This document shows, piece after piece, positions 17,053 to 26,404 of a DNA stretch of 64,000 nucleotides. Position 1 is the first letter of the stretch, and every line of letters begins with the position of its first letter. The notes under the pieces are model-generated. The model had not been told where the DNA came from, searched no databases, and saw only the letters and a list, made by a program, of their open reading frames with translations. The DNA is taken from NCBI GenBank assembly GCA_033763455.1, contig JANRKO010000060.1, positions 1 to 64,000 of the forward strand, given 5' to 3'. The stretch is from Polyangiaceae bacterium (GTDB lineage Bacteria; Myxococcota_A; Polyangia; Polyangiales; Polyangiaceae). Both the position numbers and the translations under genes were made by a program.

Positions 17053-20000
17053 GGTGCTTCCCCCGTGCTAAGCCGTGTGATGTAGAGGTCGAGTTGAGCC
17101 CAGTCCGAAAGACGAAGCACCTGCGCTAGGTGAGGTAGCTCGCCATTTGCCGGGAGCGTCGTTTGGAATTGATCCACATTCAGCTCCCCGCCTTTGGGAT
17201 TATCAGAAAGCCTCTGGCAGCCGACTGCGAAAAGCTCGTCGGCACGAATACTGCTCGTCCCGCTGTAGTGCAGCTCCTTACGGTGAACCTGAAGCGCAAC
17301 TTGGGTGCGGTAGACCAAGCTGCGGCTCAGCCGCGCCACAGAAGCGTTCTTGGAGAGAAGGCCGGTGCCGCTATTGGCCATCAAGGCGTTGTGCGCAGAA
17401 ATGTCTGTTTCCTCACCGGCCGAGATCGCGTTGTGCGTGCAGGCGATCAACACGCTATCCGTAAGTTCTACGCGTGAGCCCATGAGATCGACGCAATCAT
17501 CCCCGGCCCCAACCACGACCAGGCCGCGCACTTCGGCGTCGGCAAACTCGAGATCCAGGGCGTCTATGGGAGCGTTCCGAATGGTGAGTTCATGCAGGCG
17601 AAGGTTGTTGACGGAATTAGCGTGAAGTACGTCCTCGGTGCCTAGGGCTCCCGTGAGCCGCACGCTTTCCAACGCAATATCGTGAGTGCTGTGGAGGTTG
17701 AGTAATGCCGTATAGTCGATATGCGGGTTTTGCGGCCTCGAACCTCCGCTTACCTCGACGTTACTCAGGCGTGAGCCAGAGGCTCCACTTCCCTGCAAGG
17801 CAATGCCACCAAAGCGTTTTTGTGCGTCTTTTGGCCTGAAGACGATGGGCTTGGTGAGGGTGCCCTCTGCCAAAAATTTTCCGTAGAAGAAGAGTGAAAC
17901 GCCCTCACCCAACAGCACCTCGGTGCCGGGAGCGATGTGTACGGTTTGGTTCTCTGAGAAGGTGCGCGACGTATCGATCACCACGGGTTCCGGTCCGAGT
18001 TCGATCCGTTCTGGTATGGGCTCGGGGGGAAGGCTAAAGGGGTGTGGGGAGGCATCGCCGGGCTCTAACTTGGGAACCGCAGCCGCGTTGAGCAGAGGTG
18101 CAGGCACGCGCTCTGCGTTCCCTCCAGCGTTGAGTGGTAAGGTTAGCCTTGAGGAGCCTCCGGTGATGAGGCTGTGCAGAGAAATGGCGACGTAGCTCGG
18201 TTGGCACTCGGCCGAGCTCACGAAGTACCCGTAGCGGCGGGCTTGCATCGTGCTTTTAACTTTGCCACGTACGGGGCCACCTGGGATTCGAGCTTCGAGC
18301 ACCACACCTGAAAGTAAGTCGCGGTAGGTGGCTAAGTGTGCCGCGGCGCCGAGCTCTGCGCGAGCCACCTCGCGATCCTGCGCTTTATCGAGCCTACCAT
18401 TGAGATCGACATCTGCGTGCACCCCGAATGTGCCCGCGCACTCCCCGGCTGATACAGAGACTCCATCGAGCCGATAAGCCCCGTGGCCACTCACGTTGAG
18501 TTCGATGTAACCCTGTCGATCCTCCGTAAACTGCCAATGCGCCTGCAAACGGTCCGCTTCCAGCTCATCCAGCAAAAAGCGGCTTCTTCGCGCGAGATCG
18601 TCCAGATCATCTTCGGCTGCAAGTAACCACTTTTCAGCGTTCATGGGGCGAACCATGTAGCGCGCGAAGCGCGAAACGGCCGGCAAGAGCTTGTAAGCGT
18701 CCCAGTACGGATCGGCTTCTAGCTCGGGGCGTAGTGTTGCGAATAGCTTCGCGGTTCGATCGCGAACCGCAGGCACAGAAGCTGGACCCGTTAGCAATTG
18801 ATGCACAATGTGGTCGCGCTTCGCGGCATAGCCAGGCGTCAGCAGCAAACGTAAAAGCAGCGGATTTTCTGCCAAATTAAAGGCTGGTTCGTGGTGGAAG
18901 GCGCGGTAGCTCCACGCGATGGGCTCGATTCGACCAGTGTACGGGTCCACGTAGAGCTTGTGGTTGGATTTGTAGTCGTGGGCATCGCAGCCGAATACCA
19001 CGTCCAAGGCGTCGAAGAGGGCGTATTTGTCGAGGTTTAGGCTGGTTGCGGCATACTCCGCAAACTCGCGATAACTCCCCTTGGCGATTTCTGACAGCAG
19101 GCGATCGAGCTCTCGGTAGTCATCTTTCTGGCTGTCGTCTTTCCAGGCAACCTTGGTCCACCCTTTCCGATCGTAAAACAGTGAGCCTACGCCGCGCGCA
19201 CCGTCGATTACTTCGGAGTCTCCAGAAAACATGCTGCCCGGCATGCGTCGGTTGCGACGCAAGAGGCCTTCATCTGGCTGCGCTTCGTAGCGATACACGC
19301 CCATGTCGCTGTTGTTGAGCCGCAGCCATACAGGATAATATTCGGGCACCAACAATTGCTCGGGGCGTTCCCGCGCGATTCCGAGGATAATTTCCGCCTC
19401 GAATCCGAACGCTGTGGGCTCGTTTAGAAGATTGAACAGGCGTGTGTCGTCGAGCAGGGCTCCCTTGTCGAGCCGGAACTTGAGCGACTTTTGGGCTCCG
19501 ATCCAATTCCAGTGTGCGGCTCCACGCTGGCGCACGGCAACGTCACGCGTTTCGCTGCCTTTTTTGAGCCTGCCGTGCACATAACTGCTCTCCTCTTCCT
19601 TGCCTTGCGCGCGAGTGAGCTTATCCACGCTCTCGCGACCCAAATACAACTCATACGTGGGGAGGCGTCCACCTTCGGGTCGAGCTGGAAGGTTCATGCG
19701 ACGAAGGTCACGTAAAAGCTCATCGTGAAGCGCGACCTGATAGAGTGTGCGGTTGAACTCCTTGCCGCCGTCTTCGGCGCGAGCGTAGCGGTCAAGCGCA
19801 GCATAGGCTGCCCATGCGTACCAGGCGGCGCCGAGCACTACGGGCAACACGAAGAGCATGCCGCTCAGCCAGCTCAGCTTGTAGAAGCGGTACACCTTGG
19901 GTGGGGAGGTTAACCCGATCGCTTTGGGGCGCCTAGGGCGCAAAACCGTAAGGTCGGTGTGGTGAGCCTCAAAACTTGCAGCGCAAGCCGCGGGCATTTC

Positions 20001-20063
20001 ACCGCTGGCTCGGAGTACTTCGCATTCGTCTCGCTCCCACGTACCGAAAGTTGCTACCATCAC
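17049..20063 (-). CDS. Membrane-anchored CotH-family kinase-like protein with C-terminal right-handed beta-helix
   Basis: KSLKF, VWLRLNNSDMGVY, NHKLYVDP..GRIEPIAW, and beta-helix repeats DALDLEF / DDCVDL / NAISAGE. True start is probably downstream of 20063 (e.g. GTG at about 19895). Confidence 0.8.
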   Translation of the reverse strand: MMVATFGTWERDECEVLRASGEMPAACAASFEAHHTDLTVLRPRRPKAIGLTSPPKVYRFYKLSWLSGMLFVLPVVLGAAWYAWAAYAALDRYARAEDGGKEFNRTLYQVALHDELLRDLRRMNLPARPEGGRLPTYELYLGRESVDKLTRAQGKEEESSYVHGRLKKGSETRDVAVRQRGAAHWNWIGAQKSLKFRLDKGALLDDTRLFNLLNEPTAFGFEAEIILGIARERPEQLLVPEYYPVWLRLNNSDMGVYRYEAQPDEGLLRRNRRMPGSMFSGDSEVIDGARGVGSLFYDRKGWTKVAWKDDSQKDDYRELDRLLSEIAKGSYREFAEYAATSLNLDKYALFDALDVVFGCDAHDYKSNHKLYVDPYTGRIEPIAWSYRAFHHEPAFNLAENPLLLRLLLTPGYAAKRDHIVHQLLTGPASVPAVRDRTAKLFATLRPELEADPYWDAYKLLPAVSRFARYMVRPMNAEKWLLAAEDDLDDLARRSRFLLDELEADRLQAHWQFTEDRQGYIELNVSGHGAYRLDGVSVSAGECAGTFGVHADVDLNGRLDKAQDREVARAELGAAAHLATYRDLLSGVVLEARIPGGPVRGKVKSTMQARRYGYFVSSAECQPSYVAISLHSLITGGSSRLTLPLNAGGNAERVPAPLLNAAAVPKLEPGDASPHPFSLPPEPIPERIELGPEPVVIDTSRTFSENQTVHIAPGTEVLLGEGVSLFFYGKFLAEGTLTKPIVFRPKDAQKRFGGIALQGSGASGSRLSNVEVSGGSRPQNPHIDYTALLNLHSTHDIALESVRLTGALGTEDVLHANSVNNLRLHELTIRNAPIDALDLEFADAEVRGLVVVGAGDDCVDLMGSRVELTDSVLIACTHNAISAGEETDISAHNALMANSGTGLLSKNASVARLSRSLVYRTQVALQVHRKELHYSGTSSIRADELFAVGCQRLSDNPKGGELNVDQFQTTLPANGELPHLAQVLRLSDWAQLDLYITRLSTGEAP

Positions 20064-20076
20064 ACTGCCTAGGAAT

Positions 20077-21831
20077 ATGCCCGGATTTGTGCCGCCGCTT
20101 CCCGTTCGCCTCGTCGCGCTCGGAGCGTTGCTGCTGGCCTTGGGCGGCTGCGATCACGAAACAAGCTCAGCCTCTCAACCCGCAGTCGCTGTGCCACTGC
20201 CGGGAAGTAGCTTGCCAGTTAGAAGCGGGCTCGCTGGGCGTCTAACACGCCATCAACACGCCAACGTTGTTCTGGATGTTCTTGGGGTGCAACTTGCGGA
20301 CCAAGATCAGAGGGCTGCAAGCGGTGGAATACCCGATGAAAAGGCAAGCACAGGGCTCTTTCGCAACGGCGCTGATGGGCAGGCCGCGGCGGATAGCTAC
20401 CCTTTCGCGTTCGGCAAGCTCGCCCAAATCGTTGCAGAGCGCGCTGACGTGGTTGCCCTACACCGAGAGTGGCGCGTGTGCTCCGAAGCTTCGGATGCTT
20501 GCCGATTGGCGTGGGTGGAGCAGTCAGGAAGACGCCTTTTCCGGAGGCCGCTCACAACCCGTGAGGGGGCAGTGTTCGTCGGGCTTCATGCTTCGGCGCT
20601 AGCGGAGGGTTTGAGTTTTGAGGCAGCAGATCGGAGCGTGTTGGAAGCCATGTTGCAGGCTCCCGCGTTTGTATTCCGCTTGGAGAACGAGCTCAGAGGG
20701 GCGCCCGGGGAAAAGCGCTATTTGGACGGCTTCGAATTGGCCTCCCGCTTGTCCTTCTTCTTGTGGGGTTCGGCCCCAGATAACGAGCTTTTGAGCCTTG
20801 CCGAAGCCAATACCGTTAACGGAACGGTGGCCGCGGTACCGCGCGTGCGGGAGCAGGCGCAGCGCCTGCTCGCTGATCCGCGCGCGCGGAGGATGACGCG
20901 TGAATTCATCTTGGATTTTGCGGAGCCAGAGCGCGCTTCGTTTGTTGGGGTTACGCCAATTTTGCGGGCGGCATTGGCAGATTCGATGGTGGCCACTTTC
21001 GAAAACCATCTCTGGGATGAACAAGGTCAAATCAAAGGTTTGTTCAACACGACCCGCCTGGCGTTTACGCCCACGGTGGCTTCACTCATTGGCCTTACGC
21101 CCGAGGGGGAAGGGACCCAAGTTTACGATGTTTCCGCGCTTCCTGAACGTGTGGGTTGGTTGACTCACCCTGGGTTTATCGCCGGTTTCGGGGACACCGA
21201 TGTGGGAAAAATCGTGCACCGAGGCATCGGGCTCATGGTGAAGCTGATGTGTCGTCAGCCGGTGCAGTTGCCCGATGGGGTGGCGGCGGCCGCAGGTGAC
21301 TTCACTCGCAAGTTCAGCAATCTGACGGAGCGCGAGCGTTCCGAGCAGCGACAGTTGATGGCCAAGCCTACGTCCGAGGGTGGCAGCGATAACCCAGCGT
21401 GCTGGGGGTGTCATTCGCAGTTCGAACCTTTGGCCTATGGTTTCGATAGATTTGATGCCGCGGGGCGCTACCTGGGTGCCAAAGATAGTGCCGGGCGCGC
21501 TTTGCCGATTGATGGCTGGATGACGGACGACTTGAGCCTCCCTGAAGCTTCGCGCGAGCGCTATGGGAATATGGTTGAGTTTATGGAGCTTGCCGCCCGT
21601 TCGGAAACGATTCAGGCCTGCATGGCGCAGCACTTTTTGGCGTTCGCAACGGGCCGAGCCAGCACGGCTGTGGAAAGTAGCTTCTCGCATTTGGTGCAAG
21701 CGGAGAATGAACGGGCCGGAGGTACGCTTTCTGCGCTCATAGAAGCTGTTGCTACGAGTGAGCTCTTTCGTTCTCAGGCTTCCTTGGCCGTCGATGCTTC
21801 CACTCCAACAGCTGACAGGGGGCAACCATGA
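20077..21831 (+). CDS. DUF1587/1595/1592/1588/1585 lipoprotein with heme-c motif
   Basis: Lipobox LGGC, RLTRHQHAN, LFRRPLT, ELASRLSFFLWGSAPD, CWGCH...FDRFDAAGRY, FLAFATGR. Confidence 0.9.
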   Translation: MPGFVPPLPVRLVALGALLLALGGCDHETSSASQPAVAVPLPGSSLPVRSGLAGRLTRHQHANVVLDVLGVQLADQDQRAASGGIPDEKASTGLFRNGADGQAAADSYPFAFGKLAQIVAERADVVALHREWRVCSEASDACRLAWVEQSGRRLFRRPLTTREGAVFVGLHASALAEGLSFEAADRSVLEAMLQAPAFVFRLENELRGAPGEKRYLDGFELASRLSFFLWGSAPDNELLSLAEANTVNGTVAAVPRVREQAQRLLADPRARRMTREFILDFAEPERASFVGVTPILRAALADSMVATFENHLWDEQGQIKGLFNTTRLAFTPTVASLIGLTPEGEGTQVYDVSALPERVGWLTHPGFIAGFGDTDVGKIVHRGIGLMVKLMCRQPVQLPDGVAAAAGDFTRKFSNLTERERSEQRQLMAKPTSEGGSDNPACWGCHSQFEPLAYGFDRFDAAGRYLGAKDSAGRALPIDGWMTDDLSLPEASRERYGNMVEFMELAARSETIQACMAQHFLAFATGRASTAVESSFSHLVQAENERAGGTLSALIEAVATSELFRSQASLAVDASTPTADRGQP

Positions 21832-23261
21832 AACGGTCGATTCATCGGCGAACCTTCTTGCGTGGTGCTGGCACCGTGGCCATTGGGCTTCCGTTCCTGG
21901 AAGAGATGGTTCGTGGGTCTCAAGCGGCGGAGGCGAACCCTCCCCATCGACTCATCACGCTTTCGTTTGGTTTGGGCATTCCGGCAGAGCAGGTGCAGCA
22001 GGGGTTCAATGGGCCCCTCGAACCGTTGAAAGGCTTTGCTAACAAGATGGCCTTCTTCTCTGGGCTGGACATGACCCAGGCTGATACCTACGGCAGCGGT
22101 ACCACGCACTTCAAAACGGGAGATGTGTTGCTCGTCGGAGAGCCACAGAAAAATGAGTATACCGCAGCGGGGCCGTCTTTAGAGCAGCTCATGTTGCGCG
22201 AGCTCCATCCGATGGGTTCGCCGACGCGGGTATCTTCCGCATCCGCCGGGCTCTGGTTCACCTACGGTGCGCCATCGCGTTACATCTGCCATTGGAACTA
22301 TGATGGTAGCCCAGGAGAGGCGCCGGAAAGGCGACCTTCGCAGCTGTTTTCACGCCTATTTGGGGACCCCACGCCTTACGTGACCACGGACCCGGATCCC
22401 ACTCGAAGCTTGCGCGTGAAGCGCAGCATTCTCGATACAGTGCTCGCTGAATACAACTTCGCAATCTCCGACCGTTCGTACTTGGGCGCTGAATCCAAAG
22501 CCAAGCTGAAGATCCACATGGATGGGATCCGCAATGTGGAGCAACGGCTGGTGCCTACCGAAGCCTGGCTGTTACCCCAAACGGCGAATTGTAAACCTCC
22601 CACCAGGGTAACGGATCCGGTTGGGCTACCCTACGATCAGGAGATGCCGGATACGCCGCAGGCTCCCGGGGTATTCAAGCCTCACTCCGCGCCCATGGAC
22701 CACCTTCGTTATCTGGAGGCATTCCAATTGCAGGCCGAGCTCTTTGCCTTAGCGCTCCGGTGCGATGTGATGCGTTTTGGGAGCTTGTTGTTAACCGATA
22801 AGGGTGGAAATCTGCAGTTCTTGGGTAAATACACCGGCACGGCGGTGGGTACTATTGATTTCGACCTCGAGACAGCGACGGATTCGATCCACAATGTGCT
22901 CTTTCATCGCCAAAGGTTGCCCCAAATTGCGCAGTATCAACACTATTGCATGAGCGGTGTGGCGCGTGCCCTCGCAGCTTTTGACGATCCGATGTTCACC
23001 GAGAGCAACGGCAAGACACTGCTGGATAACACTTTGCTGGTGTTGGGCACCGAATACGGCCTCGATCACGGTTTAACAGGTGTATTTCACGCGGTGGCCG
23101 GCGGGCACGGGCACTTCAAAAGCGGCTTTTTCCCGGAGCAAGCGAACGTGATCGATCTGTATGATACCTTGCTTAAGCCTTACGGCGTGCAATCTCGGAT
23201 AGGCACGCGCCACCCGGTATTCAAATATACGCCCCGGGAGCTCAGCGGGATCTTGGCATAG
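21828..23261 (+). CDS. DUF1552 protein, Tat substrate
   Basis: RRTFLRGAG..IGLPFLE, SILDTV, LALRCD, LLDNTLLV..TEYG..H. Confidence 0.9.
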   Translation: MKRSIHRRTFLRGAGTVAIGLPFLEEMVRGSQAAEANPPHRLITLSFGLGIPAEQVQQGFNGPLEPLKGFANKMAFFSGLDMTQADTYGSGTTHFKTGDVLLVGEPQKNEYTAAGPSLEQLMLRELHPMGSPTRVSSASAGLWFTYGAPSRYICHWNYDGSPGEAPERRPSQLFSRLFGDPTPYVTTDPDPTRSLRVKRSILDTVLAEYNFAISDRSYLGAESKAKLKIHMDGIRNVEQRLVPTEAWLLPQTANCKPPTRVTDPVGLPYDQEMPDTPQAPGVFKPHSAPMDHLRYLEAFQLQAELFALALRCDVMRFGSLLLTDKGGNLQFLGKYTGTAVGTIDFDLETATDSIHNVLFHRQRLPQIAQYQHYCMSGVARALAAFDDPMFTESNGKTLLDNTLLVLGTEYGLDHGLTGVFHAVAGGHGHFKSGFFPEQANVIDLYDTLLKPYGVQSRIGTRHPVFKYTPRELSGILA

Positions 23262-23354
23262 CGACCCCTCAAAATCCGAGTCAGCCTTCGGGCCACGGGA
23301 TCAGGGAGACCTGAGGGCCTTGACAGTGCTGTGGCGGCGGGTGAAGCCAAGGGC

Positions 23355-23912
23355 ATGGACGCAATTGTTATCGGTGACGGCCCAGGTGGGCTCAGCGCGG
23401 CGCTTTTTCTGGCAAAGAACGGCCTAAAGGTTACGGTGTATGGGCAAGACAAAACTGCCATGCATTGGGCCCTGCTCAAGAATTACTTGGGCATTCAAGA
23501 GATCCATGGCAGTGAGCTGCAGAAGATCGGGCGATCACAGGTTCTTGGCTTTGGCGCCACCATTGTTGACTCGCACGTCGATAAGGTTGCAAAGGTTACC
23601 GCTGGTTTTGAAGTAACTCTCGCAGGTGGAGCCACAGCGAGTGCGCCTTATCTCATTCTTTCAGAGGGAAAATCGCCCAAGCTCGCTCAGCAGTTGGGGT
23701 TAACGTTTGACCCTGAAAACGGCGTTAAGGTTGATCTAAACGGAAAGACTGAACTCGACGGAGTCTACGCGGTGGGTCGCCAGGCGCGCCCAGGGCGTAG
23801 CCAAGCCATCATCAGTGCTGGCGATGGCGCGGCCGCGGCGATTGATATCCTTTCTCGGATCCGGGGCGAGGCCTTCTGCGACTGGGATTCCCCGCCCGAA
23901 GAGAAGGGCTAG
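23355..23912 (+). CDS. Short thioredoxin-reductase-like FAD-binding protein
   Basis: IVIGDGPGGLSAALFLAK, TELDGVYAVG, QAIISAGDGAAAA. About 185 aa, with no NADPH domain or CxxC. Confidence 0.8.
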   Translation: MDAIVIGDGPGGLSAALFLAKNGLKVTVYGQDKTAMHWALLKNYLGIQEIHGSELQKIGRSQVLGFGATIVDSHVDKVAKVTAGFEVTLAGGATASAPYLILSEGKSPKLAQQLGLTFDPENGVKVDLNGKTELDGVYAVGRQARPGRSQAIISAGDGAAAAIDILSRIRGEAFCDWDSPPEEKG

Positions 23913-23994
23913 CCCATAAAGCCCTGGACCGTTCTTGGTCGAGTCTCGACGCCGAGTGCGGCGTAGATCGCTGCCTCAGTGAAAAGTTCCAGCG

Positions 23995-24053
23995 AGATGC
24001 GGGGCGGAATTGCGCCATCGCGGGTTTTATTTCAGATGCGGGGCGACACTGCG
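23995..24053 (+). repeat. Imperfect 20-bp direct repeat AGATGCGGGGCG-N4-TGCG (two copies, 39-bp period)
   Basis: Copies at 23995 and 24034 in the intergenic region upstream of 24257. Confidence 0.6.
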
Positions 24054-24256
24054 AACCAGCCTCGTTGCGCTTTGGGGGCGTTTGTTAGGGTATTGGGCTA
24101 AGACCTACATGGACCCCAGGCAAACTCCTACTTACGCCCCTATTTTAACCCTCATGCACTCGCGGACATGCTGTATGTTTCAGGGCAAGTTTTGCTGAAG
24201 CGCGTTCTCAGCGGATCCGGGCCAGCCCTTTAAGCATATCCACAGAGGTAGCACTC

Positions 24257-26395
24257 ATGCGCAAAGTACCCATTCGTGCGTTCGGTTCTCTCGTCATTGC
24301 GGGGCTCAGCTTAGGCCTGTCCGCAGCCTGTAGTACTTCAGGTCGTTCGTCGGGTTCCGGCGCTTCCCCGGATGGCACTCCCGCTGTGAATCCCGATGGC
24401 ACTCCGAACCCCGGCGGGACGACCACGCCAACGGGTACCGGTACGTCGTCCGTGGTGCCGATCGACACGACCACTCCGATCGTCCCCGTCGTCCCGTTTG
24501 ATCCGTTTGCGCCAGATGTCTACGCCGCCAAGGTGAAAGACGTGCTCACGGGCCTTCCGCTTTCTGATGCCGAGTACCTGCGTGTGAAGGCGGACCCAAC
24601 AGCGCTGAAAGCGTTGATTGATGAGTGGATGTCATTGCCGAGCTTCAAGACGAAGATGCTGGAGTTCTTCACGCAGGCGTTTCAGCAAGATGGCACTGAG
24701 CTCTCGGACTTTAACGACCAGTTCGGCGGGGGTAACATTGCCAATTGGCCCACGAGCAGTCTCTTCTTGAAGAGCTTGTCCAGCAGTTTTGCGCAAACGG
24801 CCTGGGAGCTCGTGGTGGCTGGGGATCAGCCTTTTACCCAAACGGTGACCACGCGGAGCTTCATGCTCAATCTCCCGCTCATGGTGGCTCTAGCGTATGT
24901 GGATGCCGCGCCCGTTTCTGATTCAAAAACGCAGACGGTTTCGGTGCCGTGGCTTCTGCCCAGCAACACCGTGATGGGGAAATTCCTGTCCACAACGGAT
25001 GGTCATGCCGCCATACCGATTGCGGATTCGCTGAATCCCGCGTCGCCGAATTACCTAGTCTTTACCTACACCCCGATCAGTGGAGAAGCAGGTTGTGGAG
25101 AGACGGTGAAGAAGGGGGCGTCCATCCTTCAAAACGTATTTGAGATGATGATGGGGTTCGGGCCCATCGCGGGCGGGTGCAACAAGGTTCAGCCCATTTT
25201 CACCGATGCCGATTGGTCCACCTACAACTTGGTCACGATCAGGCACCCCAATCCCGGCGAACCCAAGGCGGCATTCTGGGATCCAGCAAAGCTCCGCGGT
25301 CAGAGCGAACTCGTGATCGATACGGAGCGGGTTGGGTTCATGACAACTCCGGCGTTTTTCTCGCGCTGGGCCACGAACGACAGCAACGTTTTTCGCGTGA
25401 CGGTTAATCAGTCCCTCATCGTGGCCATTGGCAAGAGCATTGAACCGATAGGCACCACGATTCCGCTGAACGACGCGAACCTTCAGGGTGAGCACGCTGG
25501 CCCCGGCACTCCTTGTTACGCCTGCCACGTAACGCTCGATCCTGCTCGCGAATTCTTCCACCAGAGTTACTCGTATTTCTATTCGCGGCGCGACCCGAAT
25601 GACACCAAGTTCGGGATGGTTCCCGCCAAAACGGTGTTCTCCGTCTTCAATAGTCCGCCCATCGAAGGCAACGGCATCGCAGACTTCGCCAATGCTCTCA
25701 TCCAGCATCCTCTCTACCCCACGGCTTGGGCTCAGAAGTTTTGTGAATACGCCAACTCCGGGGACTGCTCAGCAGATGATCCGGAATTGATGCGTATTGG
25801 AGAAGTCTTCAAGGCTAGTGGCTACAAGTTGAAGTCGCTTATCCGAGAAACGTTCTCCTCGCCGGTGGTAACCTTTGCTGCGGCCACCAGAACGTCAGAT
25901 GAATTTGGTCCTGCGGTGGGCATCGCCCGTCGCGAGGTGTTCTGCCAACGCCTCACTGAGCGACTTCAAATCCCGGATGCCTGTAACCTTGCCGGGCAGA
26001 ACCCGCTGGGGAATGCCGTGAGAACGTCTCCCAAGCTCGCACTTGGCGTGCCCAATGCCGGCTTTGCCCGTGGCGAGCCGCGAGCCATTCTGCCGCGCGA
26101 CCCCAATCTGTTTTTCTCCAATGGGACTGAGAAGCTGTGCACTACGTTGGCCAATGGGTTAATCGGCGTTGGTACTCCCAAGTGGGCTCCGGCACAGAAG
26201 GAGGTAGCGTTCGACGACTTCGTGGGCATCATCATGGGTGTTCCCCCTTCGGATCCCAGAGCCACGCCACTTCGGGCACTGCTCTCTTCACATTACGACG
26301 AAGCGATAGCTGCTAAGGCCAAAGATACGGACGCGCTTCGCTCCACCTTCGTGGTCGCGTGTTCGTCACCCTTGGGTGTTTCTTCCGGGCTCTGA
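24257..26395 (+). CDS. Myxobacterial lipoprotein with heme-c motif (DUF1585/DUF1549-related)
   Basis: Lipobox SAAC, Pro/Thr linker, CYACHVTLDP, AWAQKFC...YKLKSLIRETFSSP. Confidence 0.75.
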   Translation: MRKVPIRAFGSLVIAGLSLGLSAACSTSGRSSGSGASPDGTPAVNPDGTPNPGGTTTPTGTGTSSVVPIDTTTPIVPVVPFDPFAPDVYAAKVKDVLTGLPLSDAEYLRVKADPTALKALIDEWMSLPSFKTKMLEFFTQAFQQDGTELSDFNDQFGGGNIANWPTSSLFLKSLSSSFAQTAWELVVAGDQPFTQTVTTRSFMLNLPLMVALAYVDAAPVSDSKTQTVSVPWLLPSNTVMGKFLSTTDGHAAIPIADSLNPASPNYLVFTYTPISGEAGCGETVKKGASILQNVFEMMMGFGPIAGGCNKVQPIFTDADWSTYNLVTIRHPNPGEPKAAFWDPAKLRGQSELVIDTERVGFMTTPAFFSRWATNDSNVFRVTVNQSLIVAIGKSIEPIGTTIPLNDANLQGEHAGPGTPCYACHVTLDPAREFFHQSYSYFYSRRDPNDTKFGMVPAKTVFSVFNSPPIEGNGIADFANALIQHPLYPTAWAQKFCEYANSGDCSADDPELMRIGEVFKASGYKLKSLIRETFSSPVVTFAAATRTSDEFGPAVGIARREVFCQRLTERLQIPDACNLAGQNPLGNAVRTSPKLALGVPNAGFARGEPRAILPRDPNLFFSNGTEKLCTTLANGLIGVGTPKWAPAQKEVAFDDFVGIIMGVPPSDPRATPLRALLSSHYDEAIAAKAKDTDALRSTFVVACSSPLGVSSGL

Positions 26396-26404
26396 GAGGT
26401 TGTT

